The notes: a model not told the origin generated them from the sequence alone. Positions 29,281 to 39,729 are shown, numbered from the stretch's first letter. The stretch is 64,000 nt of DNA from Syntrophales bacterium (GCA_963662405.2 CAXXKT010000001.1:224001-288000); one strand, 5' to 3'. A program made the numbers and translations.

Positions 29281-30176
29281 TCTTCGTCCTCCGTCTCTTC
29301 GTCTCTCTCATCGTCTGTTTCATCTTCCCGTGTTTCATTCTCTTGTCCGGGGGGCGGCAGGATCACCCGGAAGGTCCGCTCCTCGCCGTAGCGGGCCAGG
29401 AACGATTCGAAACGGCCGAGAAGCCATTCGATCAGGTCCGGTATCGTGTCGGCATTGCCGGCGGCGCGGTTCACGATCTCCGAAGCCTCGGCCCGCGCAA
29501 AGGTCTCCAGGTCGTTCCGGAAGACGGCGGCGCGTTTCGCCAGTTCTCCCTCGAACAGGTCCTTCGGCACGTAGGCGCCGGTGAACATCTCCGCCTTCAT
29601 CGTCCAGTGCCGCGCCTGGGCCTTGGTCTTTTCGATCTCCGCGTGCAGTTTTTCCTGCTGCAGCTTCTCAAGTTTTTCTGAAGCGCTCCCGTCGGCCCGC
29701 TTCAGATAGGTCTGCGCATATCGGTCGACCTCGTCGATCCGGTAGGTACCGTCGGCCTCGCATCGGAGTTTCCCCTCCTTTTTGTGCTTGTACACGGCGG
29801 ATTTTTTGACCTTCCACCCCTGATCCCTGAGGTAGTCGGCCACCGCCAGGGTGTTGGCAAGGGTCGGAGAATGGCCAAGGTATTTCTCGGACAGGACCAC
29901 CAGTTGCTGTTCCAGGGCGGACTCCGCCTTCTGCCAGTCGTTGAGGCGGGCGGAGGTGGATTCCGCCTGGTAGTCCCGGATGCATTTCACGACGGCGTTG
30001 TGTAGGACCTTGAGTGAGATCTGGTCCTGCCCGTCGGCAACCTCCAGCAGTTTTTTTACCTTCTCCTGATCCATCATTCCGTCCGAGATCGCCTGGCAGA
30101 TCATCCAGGCGCGCTGCGCGTTACTCGCGCGCTTCCAGTCATCAGCGACGATCTGATTCTCTTTTCCCTTTACCAT
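29277..30176 (-). CDS. Putative terminase small subunit
   Basis: Overlaps terL start; HTH-like middle followed by coiled coil as in Nu1-type proteins. Confidence 0.55.
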   Translation of the reverse strand: MVKGKENQIVADDWKRASNAQRAWMICQAISDGMMDQEKVKKLLEVADGQDQISLKVLHNAVVKCIRDYQAESTSARLNDWQKAESALEQQLVVLSEKYLGHSPTLANTLAVADYLRDQGWKVKKSAVYKHKKEGKLRCEADGTYRIDEVDRYAQTYLKRADGSASEKLEKLQQEKLHAEIEKTKAQARHWTMKAEMFTGAYVPKDLFEGELAKRAAVFRNDLETFARAEASEIVNRAAGNADTIPDLIEWLLGRFESFLARYGEERTFRVILPPPGQENETREDETDDERDEETEDEE

Positions 30177-30318
30177 TTACATGAGGCCCCTTTCGTGGTA
30201 TCGGCGCTCATGTGGATGGTAGCGCTTCGGCGCCCTGTGTGGTCGCACAGGTTTACGGGAGTTGCACCTCCCGGAATACCGTCCACCCTTCTTTTGTACC
30301 GTCAATAAAAATCATTAG

Positions 30319-31701
30319 TCATCTTGATATGGTAATCGGATCGCACCTCCTCTCAGGGTTGCATTCTTCGGGACTTAATAAACCCGAACAGATCGACGTA
30401 CGGCCTTCCGAGTTGCGTACCAGTTCCGCCTTTTCCCCGGTGAACCGTTCCCACCGCTTCACTATCACGTCGCAGTAGACGGGGGTCTTCTCCATCGTGT
30501 TGCAGATCCGTCCCATCTGCTCGCACGCCATCAGGGTCGTTCCGGATCCGCCGAACCCGTCCAGGACGAGGATGTCAGGGCTGTTCGGCGTGCTGTTCCG
30601 GATCATCCTGCCGACCAAAGGAACGGGTTTCTGCGTGGGATGGAGGGGGTTCCGGGATTGGCGGTCCTCTCGCAGAACGGTGGCGGCCTCGCATCGCCGC
30701 ATCTCCTTCACCAGTTCCACGAGCTCCGCGCGTTTCATCCGGGAGATGTCCGCCTCCTCGTCGATCACGGTCGTCAGTGAGTAGTCCATGCAGAAGTAAT
30801 GGGTCCGCCCCGGCTTCCATCCGTACAGGATGGGCTCGTGTTTCCAGTTGTAGTCCTGCCGGCCGAGAACGGCGCCGTTCTTGACCCAGATCAGGCACTG
30901 CTTGAGGAGAAACCCCGCCTTGATGACGGCGCTCCGGAAGGCCAACCCCCCGATGTCGGAATGGGAGACGTAAAAGCAGCCGCCCTCCCGGGTGTGGGTG
31001 TAGATGTTGCGGAAAGCGGCTGTGATCATCTCCCGGAACAGTGCCGGGGGAAGGTTGTCGTTCTCAATGCCCTCCCCGCGGTCGTTGTGATAGTCGACGT
31101 TGTAGGGGGGATCGGTCCAGACCAGATCGGCGAGGCGACCCTCCATCAGACTGGCCATCGCGCCGGCGTCGCTGCTGTCGCCGCAGAAGAGGCGGTGCCT
31201 CCCCAGGAGGTAGAGGTCCCCCGGCCGGGTGATGGGTTCGGTGATCTTCGAGACCTCGGTTTCGGCATCGAACCCGTCTTCCCGCGGCTCGGCCTCCTCC
31301 GCCCTCGGCATGATCTCCGCGATCTCTTCCGCGTCGAACCCGGTGAGGCTGACGTCGATCTCCACGGCCTCGAGTTCGACAAGCAGGTCGCGGAGCCGGT
31401 CGAGGTCCCATTCGCCGCTGATCTTGTTGAGGGCGATATTGAGGGCCTTCTCCTTCTCTTCGGGAAGATCGACAACGGAGACTTCGGCCTCCGTCCAGCC
31501 GAGGTCCCGCATGACGGTCAATCGCTGATGACCGCCGACGAGGCGCCCGGTCCGCACGTTCCAGATCAGGGGATCCACACAGCCGAATTCCTCCAGGGAA
31601 CGGCGGAGCTTCTCGTATTCCCGGTCACCGCTGCTCAATGCCTTACGCGGGTTGTAGTCCGCCGCGGTCAGATCGCTCAGTTTCATGGTGGTGAATCTCA
31701 T
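30319..31701 (-). CDS. ParB-N + DNA methyltransferase fusion
   Basis: YNPRK, VGGHQRL, LNKISGEWD; TDPPYN, HPTQKP, DGFGGSGT; start at MRFTT. Confidence 0.88.
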   Translation of the reverse strand: MRFTTMKLSDLTAADYNPRKALSSGDREYEKLRRSLEEFGCVDPLIWNVRTGRLVGGHQRLTVMRDLGWTEAEVSVVDLPEEKEKALNIALNKISGEWDLDRLRDLLVELEAVEIDVSLTGFDAEEIAEIMPRAEEAEPREDGFDAETEVSKITEPITRPGDLYLLGRHRLFCGDSSDAGAMASLMEGRLADLVWTDPPYNVDYHNDRGEGIENDNLPPALFREMITAAFRNIYTHTREGGCFYVSHSDIGGLAFRSAVIKAGFLLKQCLIWVKNGAVLGRQDYNWKHEPILYGWKPGRTHYFCMDYSLTTVIDEEADISRMKRAELVELVKEMRRCEAATVLREDRQSRNPLHPTQKPVPLVGRMIRNSTPNSPDILVLDGFGGSGTTLMACEQMGRICNTMEKTPVYCDVIVKRWERFTGEKAELVRNSEGRTSICSGLLSPEECNPERRCDPITISR

Positions 31702-32123
31702 GATATCTTCCTCATCTTTCCCAGGGCGCGGAACTTGATATCCCACAGTCTCACCGTCTCGGGGCTGATCTTCAAAATCCCGGCAATCTCCCGGGGGGAA
31801 ATCCCGAAATGCAAAAAGACGGCAAGGAGGAGGACCTCGCTGTAGGTCATGTGACATCCGGCCAGGAAGGAACCCGTGAGGGCTGTAAAGAACTTCCCGC
31901 ATTGCCGACAGCACACCCGTTTCCCCTCCCAAAATCTCTGCAGCGCTTTTCCCGCTATCTCACCCCGGCACTCCGGGCAGCGGACGGGTCCTCTCCCGTG
32001 GATCGTCCCGAGGATCCATGCCCTGCAGGCGTCCTCATCCAAAAACCCCGCACGGAAGGATGCAGCAACGTCATGAGGTACAAACACGTTGCGTCCGGTA
32101 TCGTCTTCTTTTCTTGCCTTCAT
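31698..32123 (-). CDS. Zinc-ribbon + HTH protein (resembles IS1595 transposase N-terminus, no DDE)
   Basis: CPEC...CRQC and ISPREIAGILKISPETVRLW. Confidence 0.55.
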   Translation of the reverse strand: MKARKEDDTGRNVFVPHDVAASFRAGFLDEDACRAWILGTIHGRGPVRCPECRGEIAGKALQRFWEGKRVCCRQCGKFFTALTGSFLAGCHMTYSEVLLLAVFLHFGISPREIAGILKISPETVRLWDIKFRALGKMRKIS

Positions 32124-32209
32124 TTTGATGAGTTCCGTTTTTCCATGCGGTTTTTATTCAACAAGTAGTGAAAAGCCGGGGTGCTCCGTCTCCGTACCCG
32201 AAAAATCCC

Positions 32210-32608
32210 TCAGGAAGGACCCGCTCGAGCTTCGATCTCCCTGATGAAGGGAAGGCGATCGCCTCTGGAGATGAGTTCGTTCAGATCGTCCCGTGCCTCT
32301 CCCAGAAGAGCGCAGAGATTCTGGGCGGCGGTCCACCGAGCGGTGCCGATGTCGTCCCTAGTCATGGCCGGTTCGAAGTGCAGGCGGAAGCCGTTCATCT
32401 CCCGGTAGATGGAGAATCCTTCCTCCCGGTTCATCTTCAGGTACTCCGCCAGTCTCATCACCGCTGGCCGGTGCATCCAGGGTGACGGATATGCGTTTGT
32501 CATGTTGATCTGGTTTGTCTTGTTTGTCGGGGATCCCTTTGTTCCCCGTGTCTGTGATCCTTCTCTTTCCGTCTGTGATTGGTACTTTTTGAAGTCGATT
32601 ATTGGCAT
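32210..32608 (-). CDS. Hypothetical phage protein
   Basis: GGAGG RBS before MPIIDF. Confidence 0.55.
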   Translation of the reverse strand: MPIIDFKKYQSQTEREGSQTRGTKGSPTNKTNQINMTNAYPSPWMHRPAVMRLAEYLKMNREEGFSIYREMNGFRLHFEPAMTRDDIGTARWTAAQNLCALLGEARDDLNELISRGDRLPFIREIEARAGPS

Positions 32609-32679
32609 GATTTCCTCCATAAACCGGTAAATCCGGGCTGCAGTCGTTAAAACGCTTTGATATCGCTTGAGTATTCGGG

Positions 32680-32990
32680 TGGTCCAAGCTGGAATTGGCG
32701 AAACGGATTGATATTGTTTGATTATTCGGAAAGTGGACCGGAAATGGACCGAAATGGTCCAAGCTAACTTTTTGATTTTATTGACTGGTCCAAGTGGTCC
32801 AAGTACTTTTCTATAAAATAGATTTATAAAATTGTAAGAAGTGTTCTCAACGCGCGCGCGCGCGTGCGCGCGCATGTGCAATATGTCAAAAAAGCTTGGA
32901 CCACTTGGACCACTTGGACCGGGCCGCGAAATCATTACGGTTTTTTTGGAGGTCAGGTTGGACCAGCTTGGACCACCTGGACCACCCTGC
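32680..32990. repeat. Putative replication origin with TGGACC/GGTCCA iterons
   Basis: About ten iterons in both orientations around an AT-rich tract and a CG-alternating run, just downstream of primase-helicase. Confidence 0.7.
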
Positions 32991-33096
32991 ACCGTTTTCG
33001 CGGATGTTGTGATGCATGGCCGCCTCGCAGAACGGGGGGATACGGGGAACAATGGTGATTTGGTACCACACCGGAGTGAGAGATTCAAATGCTTTC

Positions 33097-35505
33097 TCAT
33101 GTCTTCACCTTCAGTCCCACGCCGCGTATCACCCGTTTCCGTTCTCCGGAGATGCGGGGACGGTAGATCATGATGTTGTTCACGGCGTTCTCGAGCTCGC
33201 GGAAGAAGTTGTTGTTCGACGTCGGCATGTACCCGTTCATCCCGCAGTACTGCCGGTACCGGCTGTAGATCTCGTCCTTGGCCACTTCCTCTTCACTGCC
33301 GGTGACGCACTCGTCCTCGACGAAGGAGAGGATCGGACTGTTCGATCTTCGGTATGACATGATGAGGGCGCGGGTCTCCTCGCAGTCGGTGAACCGGCCC
33401 TTCTCCATCAGTCTCCTGAGCCCGCAGAGCGCCCAGTAGAAGATCTCCGACAGCTCTTCTTTGAGCTTGTCGAAGAGGTAGGGATCCCGTTCGGGATCCC
33501 CCTCGAGGAACTGCCGTTTGAATCTGACCGGCAGGAACCGTTCGTACAGCGCATCGGAGGTGTCCTTGATGCGGGGCAGGATGTTCCCGGCGAATATCAG
33601 CTTGCAGTACGGGGCGAACTCGAAGTTGTCCCGGTGCTTGAAGGCGGCCTGGATGGGATCACCGCTGGTGATCGCCTTGAAGTAGCTGCTCTCGATCGCC
33701 TGGCTCCCGATCTCCGTGGAGATGTTCAGGAGCTTGTTGTAGAGCGACGATCGGGGAAACTCACGCTCCAGGTCCGGGAAGGACACGGCGGAGCAGTTCC
33801 TCCCGCCCACCATCTCCCTGAGGAGCTTCATGAGCGTCGACTTCCCGTCCCGGCCCGGGCCGTAGAGGAACAAACACTTCTCGTAGCGTGCGTGGCGCGT
33901 CAGGATGTAGCCGGCGAACTCCTGGACCTGGTCGATGACCGCCGGCGTCCTGACGGTTGCGTCGAGGTAGGCAAGGAACCGGTCGCACCGTTTCGGGGAC
34001 GCCGGATCCAGGGACACGGGGAAGATGGTGGTGAAGTAGTAGTCCGGATCGTGTTCCTTCATGTCGAAGGTGGTGATGTTCAGCATGCCGTTCTGCAGGC
34101 AGATCCAGTCCATCCGGTCGTTGACCTTCCGGCCGTGGGGCAGCGTGCAGAGCTTCCGCACCTGGTAGACGGCATCCTCGACCCGGGCCTTCTGTGATTC
34201 GGTGGCCAGGTGCCGTATGGCCGCGTTCTTCAGGTGGTCCTCGTCGAACTCTTCCCAGTACTTCCCGTTCCAGAGATAGATCAGCTCGGACGCCGGGTCG
34301 GACATGAGCCGGTACTCCGCAAGCAGCCGCTCCGCCAGGAGGCGGGCCTTGAATGAGTAGCGGTGGTTGACGCCGTGTTCGAAGAACTCTTTCACAGACT
34401 CAAGATCGCCCGGGGGAGGATGCTCTCCGTCAAGCACCGTCGACGTCGTTCCCCGGGTCTCGAACCGCGGTTTCTCCGCCGATTCAACCAATATCCTGAA
34501 GTCGTCTGTTGTCTTTCCGTGCCTGACGAAGAAGTCCGTCAGGTCCTGGCCGTGGTCGGCCGGAAAGCCACCCTGTTCGTCTTTTCCCATGAAGCCGGGC
34601 CATTGTATGACCCGTACCGACCTGGCCGTCCCTGTAAGGGCCTGGGCGGCGTACCGGGCGTACTTCTGTCCCGGGCGGTCGGCATCGTAGGCGATGACCA
34701 CGTCCCGGTCCCGGAAGGCGTCCAGCTGGTCGTCGGGGAACGTCTTGAGCTTCGTTGTCTGGGTGATGGCGTTGAAACCGTGCGACAGGGCGCAGATCGT
34801 GTCGCTTTCCCCCTCGCACAGAATGACCGTGTCTTCGGGGTGCAGGGGCCTGGCCGGGAAGAGGCGCGACCGGCCGGTGGACCGGGCGAAGGAGATGATC
34901 TTGTAGCGCTTCGCCCCCGGACGGTAGAGCCTGATGTTGACCAGGGTCCCTTCGGTGTCCCGTACGGGGACGGCCAGCCGGTCCGGGACCTTGATGGCCA
35001 CCAGTGCGCCCTTCTTTGTCAGGTAGTGCGTCTGGAGGCGGAGGTCGAGGATCTCCATCCACTTTTTTGACCATCCCCGTTCCTTCTCCATGCGGGCCAG
35101 GAGGTTCTCCGGAAGGGCCGGGAAGAGCTCCAGGGCGCGCTCCATCTGCTCGTGGACTACCGCAGGATCGATCTCTCTTTCCGATCGCTCCTGCGTGGTG
35201 TTCTTTGCTCCTCCTGAGGAGTCGATCGGGATGTCGAAGGTCTCACAAAACGTCCTGAATCCCTCCTTTTGGCCGTAACCCTTCACCTCGGACCACAGCC
35301 TGATCAGATCGCCGTCGGCGTTGCAGGAGAGGCACTTATAGACGTCTTTCTTGAAGTTGTACGAAAATGAGGGGTTCTTCTCACCGTGGAGGGGACAGAG
35401 GCCGTGCAGTTCGCCCTTGGCCTCGTCGATGCTCGTGACGGTGAACAGCGTCCTTGCGATCTCCGCCCGGCGGGCTTCTCCCAGGTATTTTGCGGCAAGA
35501 CCCAC
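33097..35505 (-). CDS. Primase-helicase (CHC2 Zn finger, TOPRIM, D5/SF3 helicase)
   Basis: CPLH...CLSC, CEGESD, YDAD, GPGRDGKST. Confidence 0.9.
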   Translation of the reverse strand: MGLAAKYLGEARRAEIARTLFTVTSIDEAKGELHGLCPLHGEKNPSFSYNFKKDVYKCLSCNADGDLIRLWSEVKGYGQKEGFRTFCETFDIPIDSSGGAKNTTQERSEREIDPAVVHEQMERALELFPALPENLLARMEKERGWSKKWMEILDLRLQTHYLTKKGALVAIKVPDRLAVPVRDTEGTLVNIRLYRPGAKRYKIISFARSTGRSRLFPARPLHPEDTVILCEGESDTICALSHGFNAITQTTKLKTFPDDQLDAFRDRDVVIAYDADRPGQKYARYAAQALTGTARSVRVIQWPGFMGKDEQGGFPADHGQDLTDFFVRHGKTTDDFRILVESAEKPRFETRGTTSTVLDGEHPPPGDLESVKEFFEHGVNHRYSFKARLLAERLLAEYRLMSDPASELIYLWNGKYWEEFDEDHLKNAAIRHLATESQKARVEDAVYQVRKLCTLPHGRKVNDRMDWICLQNGMLNITTFDMKEHDPDYYFTTIFPVSLDPASPKRCDRFLAYLDATVRTPAVIDQVQEFAGYILTRHARYEKCLFLYGPGRDGKSTLMKLLREMVGGRNCSAVSFPDLEREFPRSSLYNKLLNISTEIGSQAIESSYFKAITSGDPIQAAFKHRDNFEFAPYCKLIFAGNILPRIKDTSDALYERFLPVRFKRQFLEGDPERDPYLFDKLKEELSEIFYWALCGLRRLMEKGRFTDCEETRALIMSYRRSNSPILSFVEDECVTGSEEEVAKDEIYSRYRQYCGMNGYMPTSNNNFFRELENAVNNIMIYRPRISGERKRVIRGVGLKVKT

Positions 35506-35734
35506 TATAAAACCCCTTTTTCTCCTCCTGGAACGGCCCGAGTTCCCGCAGTCTTACCTTTCCCCGCAGAATCGGGGAAAATCGAAAATTGACGCTGAAA
35601 CCGCCCCCCAACAACCACTTTCAAGGGTTTCCTCGCAAGGGACGCCCCTTTACTTGTCCCACAAGGGAGGGATTCTTTCCCATACGATATGAATGGACCG
35701 GACAGGTTTCGATGAGACTCTTCAGCAGCGCGAA

Positions 35735-36955
35735 TCATAAAGACAATACCTCCTGCGCAAGGCGCTTTGTGCCCATGTCGATGTACTCATCTTTCAATTC
35801 GATCATGGCGGCTTTTCTCCCCAACTCCTTTGCCACATACGCCGTTGTCATCGATCCGCCGAACGGATCAAGGATCACATCACCAGGCATGCTTCCGGCT
35901 AGGATACATGGTTTGACAAGATCCGGAGGAAATGTTGCGAAGTGGGCTTCCTTATATGGCTGCGGGTTGATGATAAAGGCCAATGGATCACCGTCATCGT
36001 CTGTCAAAAGACCCTGCCATGATTCGAAGAACCAATCAGTGTTGCGTCTAGCCCGGAGAGTAACAACATCCTTTACCGCCGCCGAGAATGACGTGTTCTG
36101 TTTGTCCCTCCAACCCGGTCCACGACCGAATTTAGATGACGTTCTGAGCCCCTGTTCTTTCCGGCCCGTATCTTTTGTCACATTGTGATCTATTGCCCTG
36201 TGAGATCCCGGGCCATTCATCCAACCGGAGACGGGCTTTTGAGCCTTCGGGTTGACGCCGGGTGGTACCATATGCTCGAAGGATCGAGCGATTGTCTGTC
36301 CACCGGGACCGCCATCAGCATACTTGTGGTGATCTGATCTTCCTCGCCGCCCATACCGTGCGTGTGAATATGGTGATGCCATGATCTTTACCGATTCATG
36401 GTCGTAGAAGTATCGAGAGGACTTCGACAGGAGAAATATATATTCTATAAATTGAGCTGGTCTATCTTTACAGGATTCAGGCATCCCGTTTCTCTTCAGC
36501 CAGGGGCAGCACGAGCGTAACCACCAACCGTCTGCCTGGAGGGCCATCGCGACGCGGAAAGGTATCATGCATAGGTCTTTGGGCTTGAGTCCCAAAACAC
36601 GATAATCTGATCGCGGGATGAGGGCATTATCTCTGCGACGTGATTGTGTGGTTGATCGCGCTCCTCCTCGTGCATCGTTCCTGTTGCCGGCATACAAATC
36701 CCCCATATTCAGCCACAACGTGCCGTCTTTGTTCAAAACCCGGCGGACTTCACGGAAGATAGTCACTATCTTCTCAACATACTCTTGGGGTGTCTTTTCG
36801 AGGCCGATCTGACCCGCGACACCATAATCACGCAGTCCCCAGTACGGAGGCGAGGTTACGCAACACTGTACATATTCGTCCGGGAGGCTCCGGAGGATTT
36901 TGAGCGCGTCACCGTGATAGATCGTTATCCCTGCGTGGTCATAATAAGGCGTCAT
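35735..36955 (-). CDS. Phage DNA methyltransferase (N4/N6, beta class)
   Basis: TSPPYWGLRDY, HFATFP, LDPFGGS. Confidence 0.88.
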   Translation of the reverse strand: MTPYYDHAGITIYHGDALKILRSLPDEYVQCCVTSPPYWGLRDYGVAGQIGLEKTPQEYVEKIVTIFREVRRVLNKDGTLWLNMGDLYAGNRNDARGGARSTTQSRRRDNALIPRSDYRVLGLKPKDLCMIPFRVAMALQADGWWLRSCCPWLKRNGMPESCKDRPAQFIEYIFLLSKSSRYFYDHESVKIMASPYSHARYGRRGRSDHHKYADGGPGGQTIARSFEHMVPPGVNPKAQKPVSGWMNGPGSHRAIDHNVTKDTGRKEQGLRTSSKFGRGPGWRDKQNTSFSAAVKDVVTLRARRNTDWFFESWQGLLTDDDGDPLAFIINPQPYKEAHFATFPPDLVKPCILAGSMPGDVILDPFGGSMTTAYVAKELGRKAAMIELKDEYIDMGTKRLAQEVLSL

Positions 36956-36962
36956 TCCCTCT

Positions 36963-37256
36963 TCAACCTCCCTCACACATCGACAAGGGGAGCAATTCAA
37001 CCGACATGATCACCCATCCAACTCTCAGCCCGTACGCCGGGCCGGGCAGGATAAAGATGATCCGCACAAGCATCTTCCGCCCGGTATATTCCAGTGGCTT
37101 TCCTTCTTTCATTTCCGCGCCGGTATTCTTTGTCTCCCGCAGGAGGATCAAATCGCCCGCCTGATAATCCCGATCGTTGTACCGGATCTCCCACTCCCTC
37201 AATCCCCGGTATGATGCCTCAAACATCTCCGGGTCCGTCTTTAATTCGTGCTTCAC
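36963..37256 (-). CDS. DUF3850/ASCH-like protein
   Basis: HELKT, EIRYNDRDYQAGD, YTGR. Confidence 0.75.
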   Translation of the reverse strand: MKHELKTDPEMFEASYRGLREWEIRYNDRDYQAGDLILLRETKNTGAEMKEGKPLEYTGRKMLVRIIFILPGPAYGLRVGWVIMSVELLPLSMCEGG

Positions 37257-37635
37257 TGTTTTGCTCCTTCATTCCTCCCGAATCATTACGATCGAGATTC
37301 TGCAGGCCAAATATGAGCAATGGAATATCTCTCCGGTGTATCGCTCCATGGGTTTGGGTATGCAGAAAGTTGATGTTAATGACGTCACTGCCGTCCTCCA
37401 GTATCGCGAGGCGTATCTTCTCATGCATGTCCGTCCGGGACTCCTTGCCGGGGAAACGTACTATGTGACCTTTCGCAGGATCGGGAGGTGAAACATTTTC
37501 CCCTTGGTCCGGAGGACCGATGCGAACCAGTATCAATTCATCCGGAGGCTCTTTCATGTGTACCTGTGTTCCTTTCCCGCAAGCGGCATTGTCCCGGCCG
37601 TCTGATCCCGCATCTTTTTCCCGTCTCATCGCCAC
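37219..37635 (-). CDS. Hypothetical phage protein
   Basis: Fills gap in minus-strand operon; start uncertain. Confidence 0.35.
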   Translation of the reverse strand: MAMRREKDAGSDGRDNAACGKGTQVHMKEPPDELILVRIGPPDQGENVSPPDPAKGHIVRFPGKESRTDMHEKIRLAILEDGSDVININFLHTQTHGAIHRRDIPLLIFGLQNLDRNDSGGMKEQNSEARIKDGPGDV

Positions 37636-37637
37636 TC

Positions 37638-38021
37638 CTACCTCCCCAAAAACATAACTTCGCGGGTTTGATTTCCGAAGGCCCTGGCCTCTTCAACGGT
37701 ACCCATAAAGACATCAACTCTCTCCTGGAACCTTTTGTTCATCAAATCATTGACCCTCCGGACACCAACGCCGTCGATGTAAACCCGTCCGCCAAGCCAG
37801 TGCATCAGATCCCGGGACACGGCGCAGGTCCACCCGGCTACCGGGTCCTCCATGGTGGCGGTGTGTCCCGGATCGCTGTTCGTCTCGCATTGCCGGTTTG
37901 TGTATGCCGTGACCGTGGCGGTGATCTCCTCGGTGGCGGAACCACCCTTCACCTGGTGTATGACGTACACCTGAGAGGCTGCCAGGATCGCAATGAATAG
38001 GACGTTCCAGAAGAGTTTCAT
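37638..38021 (-). CDS. 3D-domain protein with N-terminal anchor
   Basis: VTAYT, TATM, AVSRD, VND, VDVF. Confidence 0.7.
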   Translation of the reverse strand: MKLFWNVLFIAILAASQVYVIHQVKGGSATEEITATVTAYTNRQCETNSDPGHTATMEDPVAGWTCAVSRDLMHWLGGRVYIDGVGVRRVNDLMNKRFQERVDVFMGTVEEARAFGNQTREVMFLGR

Positions 38022-38446
38022 AGATCGTCAGTCGCACAGCCTTTCCCCGTCTTGAAAATGATGTCCTGCAACCCTGACTCGAGGATGGTGATCGCTTCGC
38101 TTTCGATCATACGGCAGTTCATGCCTGCCGCCGTTTCCAAGGCCTTATAGACCTCAATATCCGGGCCCTGGAAAACGATGGTAATCTTTTTCCCGTCACG
38201 GGCTTCTCTTATGGCTTCCTGGGCCTCGCTTGCCGCCCGTTCGGCTCTCTTGCTTTGAATTTCATCACATCGATCTTCGATGTCCTTACGTTCCTTGGCC
38301 AGGATTCGCTCTCGGACCTTCGCCAACGCCTTTTGTCGTTCCTCGTCTTCGAGGCCCCTTGCAGCCTGGTAGCACGTGCCGCACAGCCCCTTGGCCATGA
38401 TCTTGATTTCTTTCCGTCCGCAATTCTCACACGTCCCTGTCTTCAT
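38018..38446 (-). CDS. Hypothetical Zn-finger phage protein
   Basis: CENC...CGTCY; ATGA overlaps on both sides. Confidence 0.6.
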   Translation of the reverse strand: MKTGTCENCGRKEIKIMAKGLCGTCYQAARGLEDEERQKALAKVRERILAKERKDIEDRCDEIQSKRAERAASEAQEAIREARDGKKITIVFQGPDIEVYKALETAAGMNCRMIESEAITILESGLQDIIFKTGKGCATDDL

Positions 38447-39459
38447 GGCGTCCCTTCTCCCTTTTTCTCCTTCATCATCCACGGCAGATCATCGTGTGTC
38501 CTGCCGTCAAGGAGACGGCCAGCCTCATTTCTGCTCATTTTGTATGACAGGCTTTTGTCCTCGGATATGAAGTGTTTTGTTTTTTGAGCGAGCAATCGCA
38601 ACGATGGAATATGTTGCCCGAATTGCGATTCCGGCCTCCACTCTCCCCATTGCTTGAAGAAGAAAGGGATATTCGCAGCCGCGCACTGGTCACGAACGGA
38701 CCGAACCCAATCGGGGTGGATCGGCCTTGCACCCGGCCCTGTCTCTCCGCCGAGGATGACGGCGTGAGGACGATTGAAAACAAAATTTCCGATTATGGGA
38801 AGGATATCGACAGCCGATAAAAGCGGTTCAAGGTTAAGGAATGTCTTCCCCGGTATTTTTGAGAAATATGCGCCGTTTTCTTCTACCTCCCGCTGATTGC
38901 ATATGGTGATGCCGAAGTAGACATGGGGGCTTGGCCACAGGGAGAGACGCTCTTTCCCCTGGAATCGATGCTCCGTTGTAAGGGGTTCTTGTTCAAATCC
39001 GACAATAATCCCGTCTCCACCATATCCGTCAGGAGGATGCCCGTTATGCGTAATCCATCCCTCCCACGGTTTGCATCGGAGAAGAAAATCACACATTCGC
39101 TCGGGGCGTTTGGTAAGGAAGAGGAGGGTATGCTTTCCAAATCTTGATTCTGCTATTACTGTTGCGATCAACTCATCCGGAACAGCAGGATGAAACAGAT
39201 CCCCCATGCTCTGGACGAAAACGCTCCGATGTTTGCGCCAGTGTGAGAGCTTGTCCAGTTCCGACCGGATCAATTCGAACTCGACTGTGGAGCCGTCGAA
39301 CGGCCGGCCGTTGCCCCGGATAACGTTGATCCGCTCCGCGTAGCAGTTCTCGCAGCCGGGAGAGCATTTCGTGCAGTGATATCCTCTCCCCGACATACCC
39401 TTGCGCGTGTCCTGAATCGGATTGATCGTCTCGTCACACCACTCGATTTTGGTGCTCAT
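38443..39459 (-). CDS. DUF5131 (Gp37/Gp68-like) protein
   Basis: IEWCD, CSPGCENCYA, SMGDLFH, LTKRPE, GGETG, FFFKQWG. Confidence 0.85.
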   Translation of the reverse strand: MSTKIEWCDETINPIQDTRKGMSGRGYHCTKCSPGCENCYAERINVIRGNGRPFDGSTVEFELIRSELDKLSHWRKHRSVFVQSMGDLFHPAVPDELIATVIAESRFGKHTLLFLTKRPERMCDFLLRCKPWEGWITHNGHPPDGYGGDGIIVGFEQEPLTTEHRFQGKERLSLWPSPHVYFGITICNQREVEENGAYFSKIPGKTFLNLEPLLSAVDILPIIGNFVFNRPHAVILGGETGPGARPIHPDWVRSVRDQCAAANIPFFFKQWGEWRPESQFGQHIPSLRLLAQKTKHFISEDKSLSYKMSRNEAGRLLDGRTHDDLPWMMKEKKGEGTP

Positions 39460-39498
39460 TCAAACCTCCCGTTTTCGCCGGCTGACACCCCGGTTGCT

Positions 39499-39705
39499 CT
39501 AGGCGGTCCGGTCATCCTGTTTTGCCTCGATCTCAGATGCTTCCGATATGCCGCTTACCGCCGCGGCCAAGTGGCTTCCCGATCTGCGCAAGTGGTCAAG
39601 GACCTGTTCATCGGGGTCGTGTCCGTCCCTCTCTCTATCGTTGATCCTCAACACCGCACGGCTGAGTTCCATCTGTGCACACCCCAGCTCTTCTCTCCAA
39701 TGCAT
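39499..39705 (-). CDS. Hypothetical phage protein
   Basis: RBS-like GGGGA; in minus-strand early operon. Confidence 0.4.
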   Translation of the reverse strand: MHWREELGCAQMELSRAVLRINDRERDGHDPDEQVLDHLRRSGSHLAAAVSGISEASEIEAKQDDRTA

Positions 39706-39729
39706 TGCCCAGTCCCCTTGCTGTATTAA

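Noticed and set aside
32680..32990. CRISPR array
   Set aside because: Repeats are 6-10 bp, in both orientations, without unique spacers; no cas genes in the window.
32609..33100. N-terminal extension of the 296-aa ORF
   Set aside because: Translation of origin repeats (GPSGPS); the real start with RBS is at 32608.
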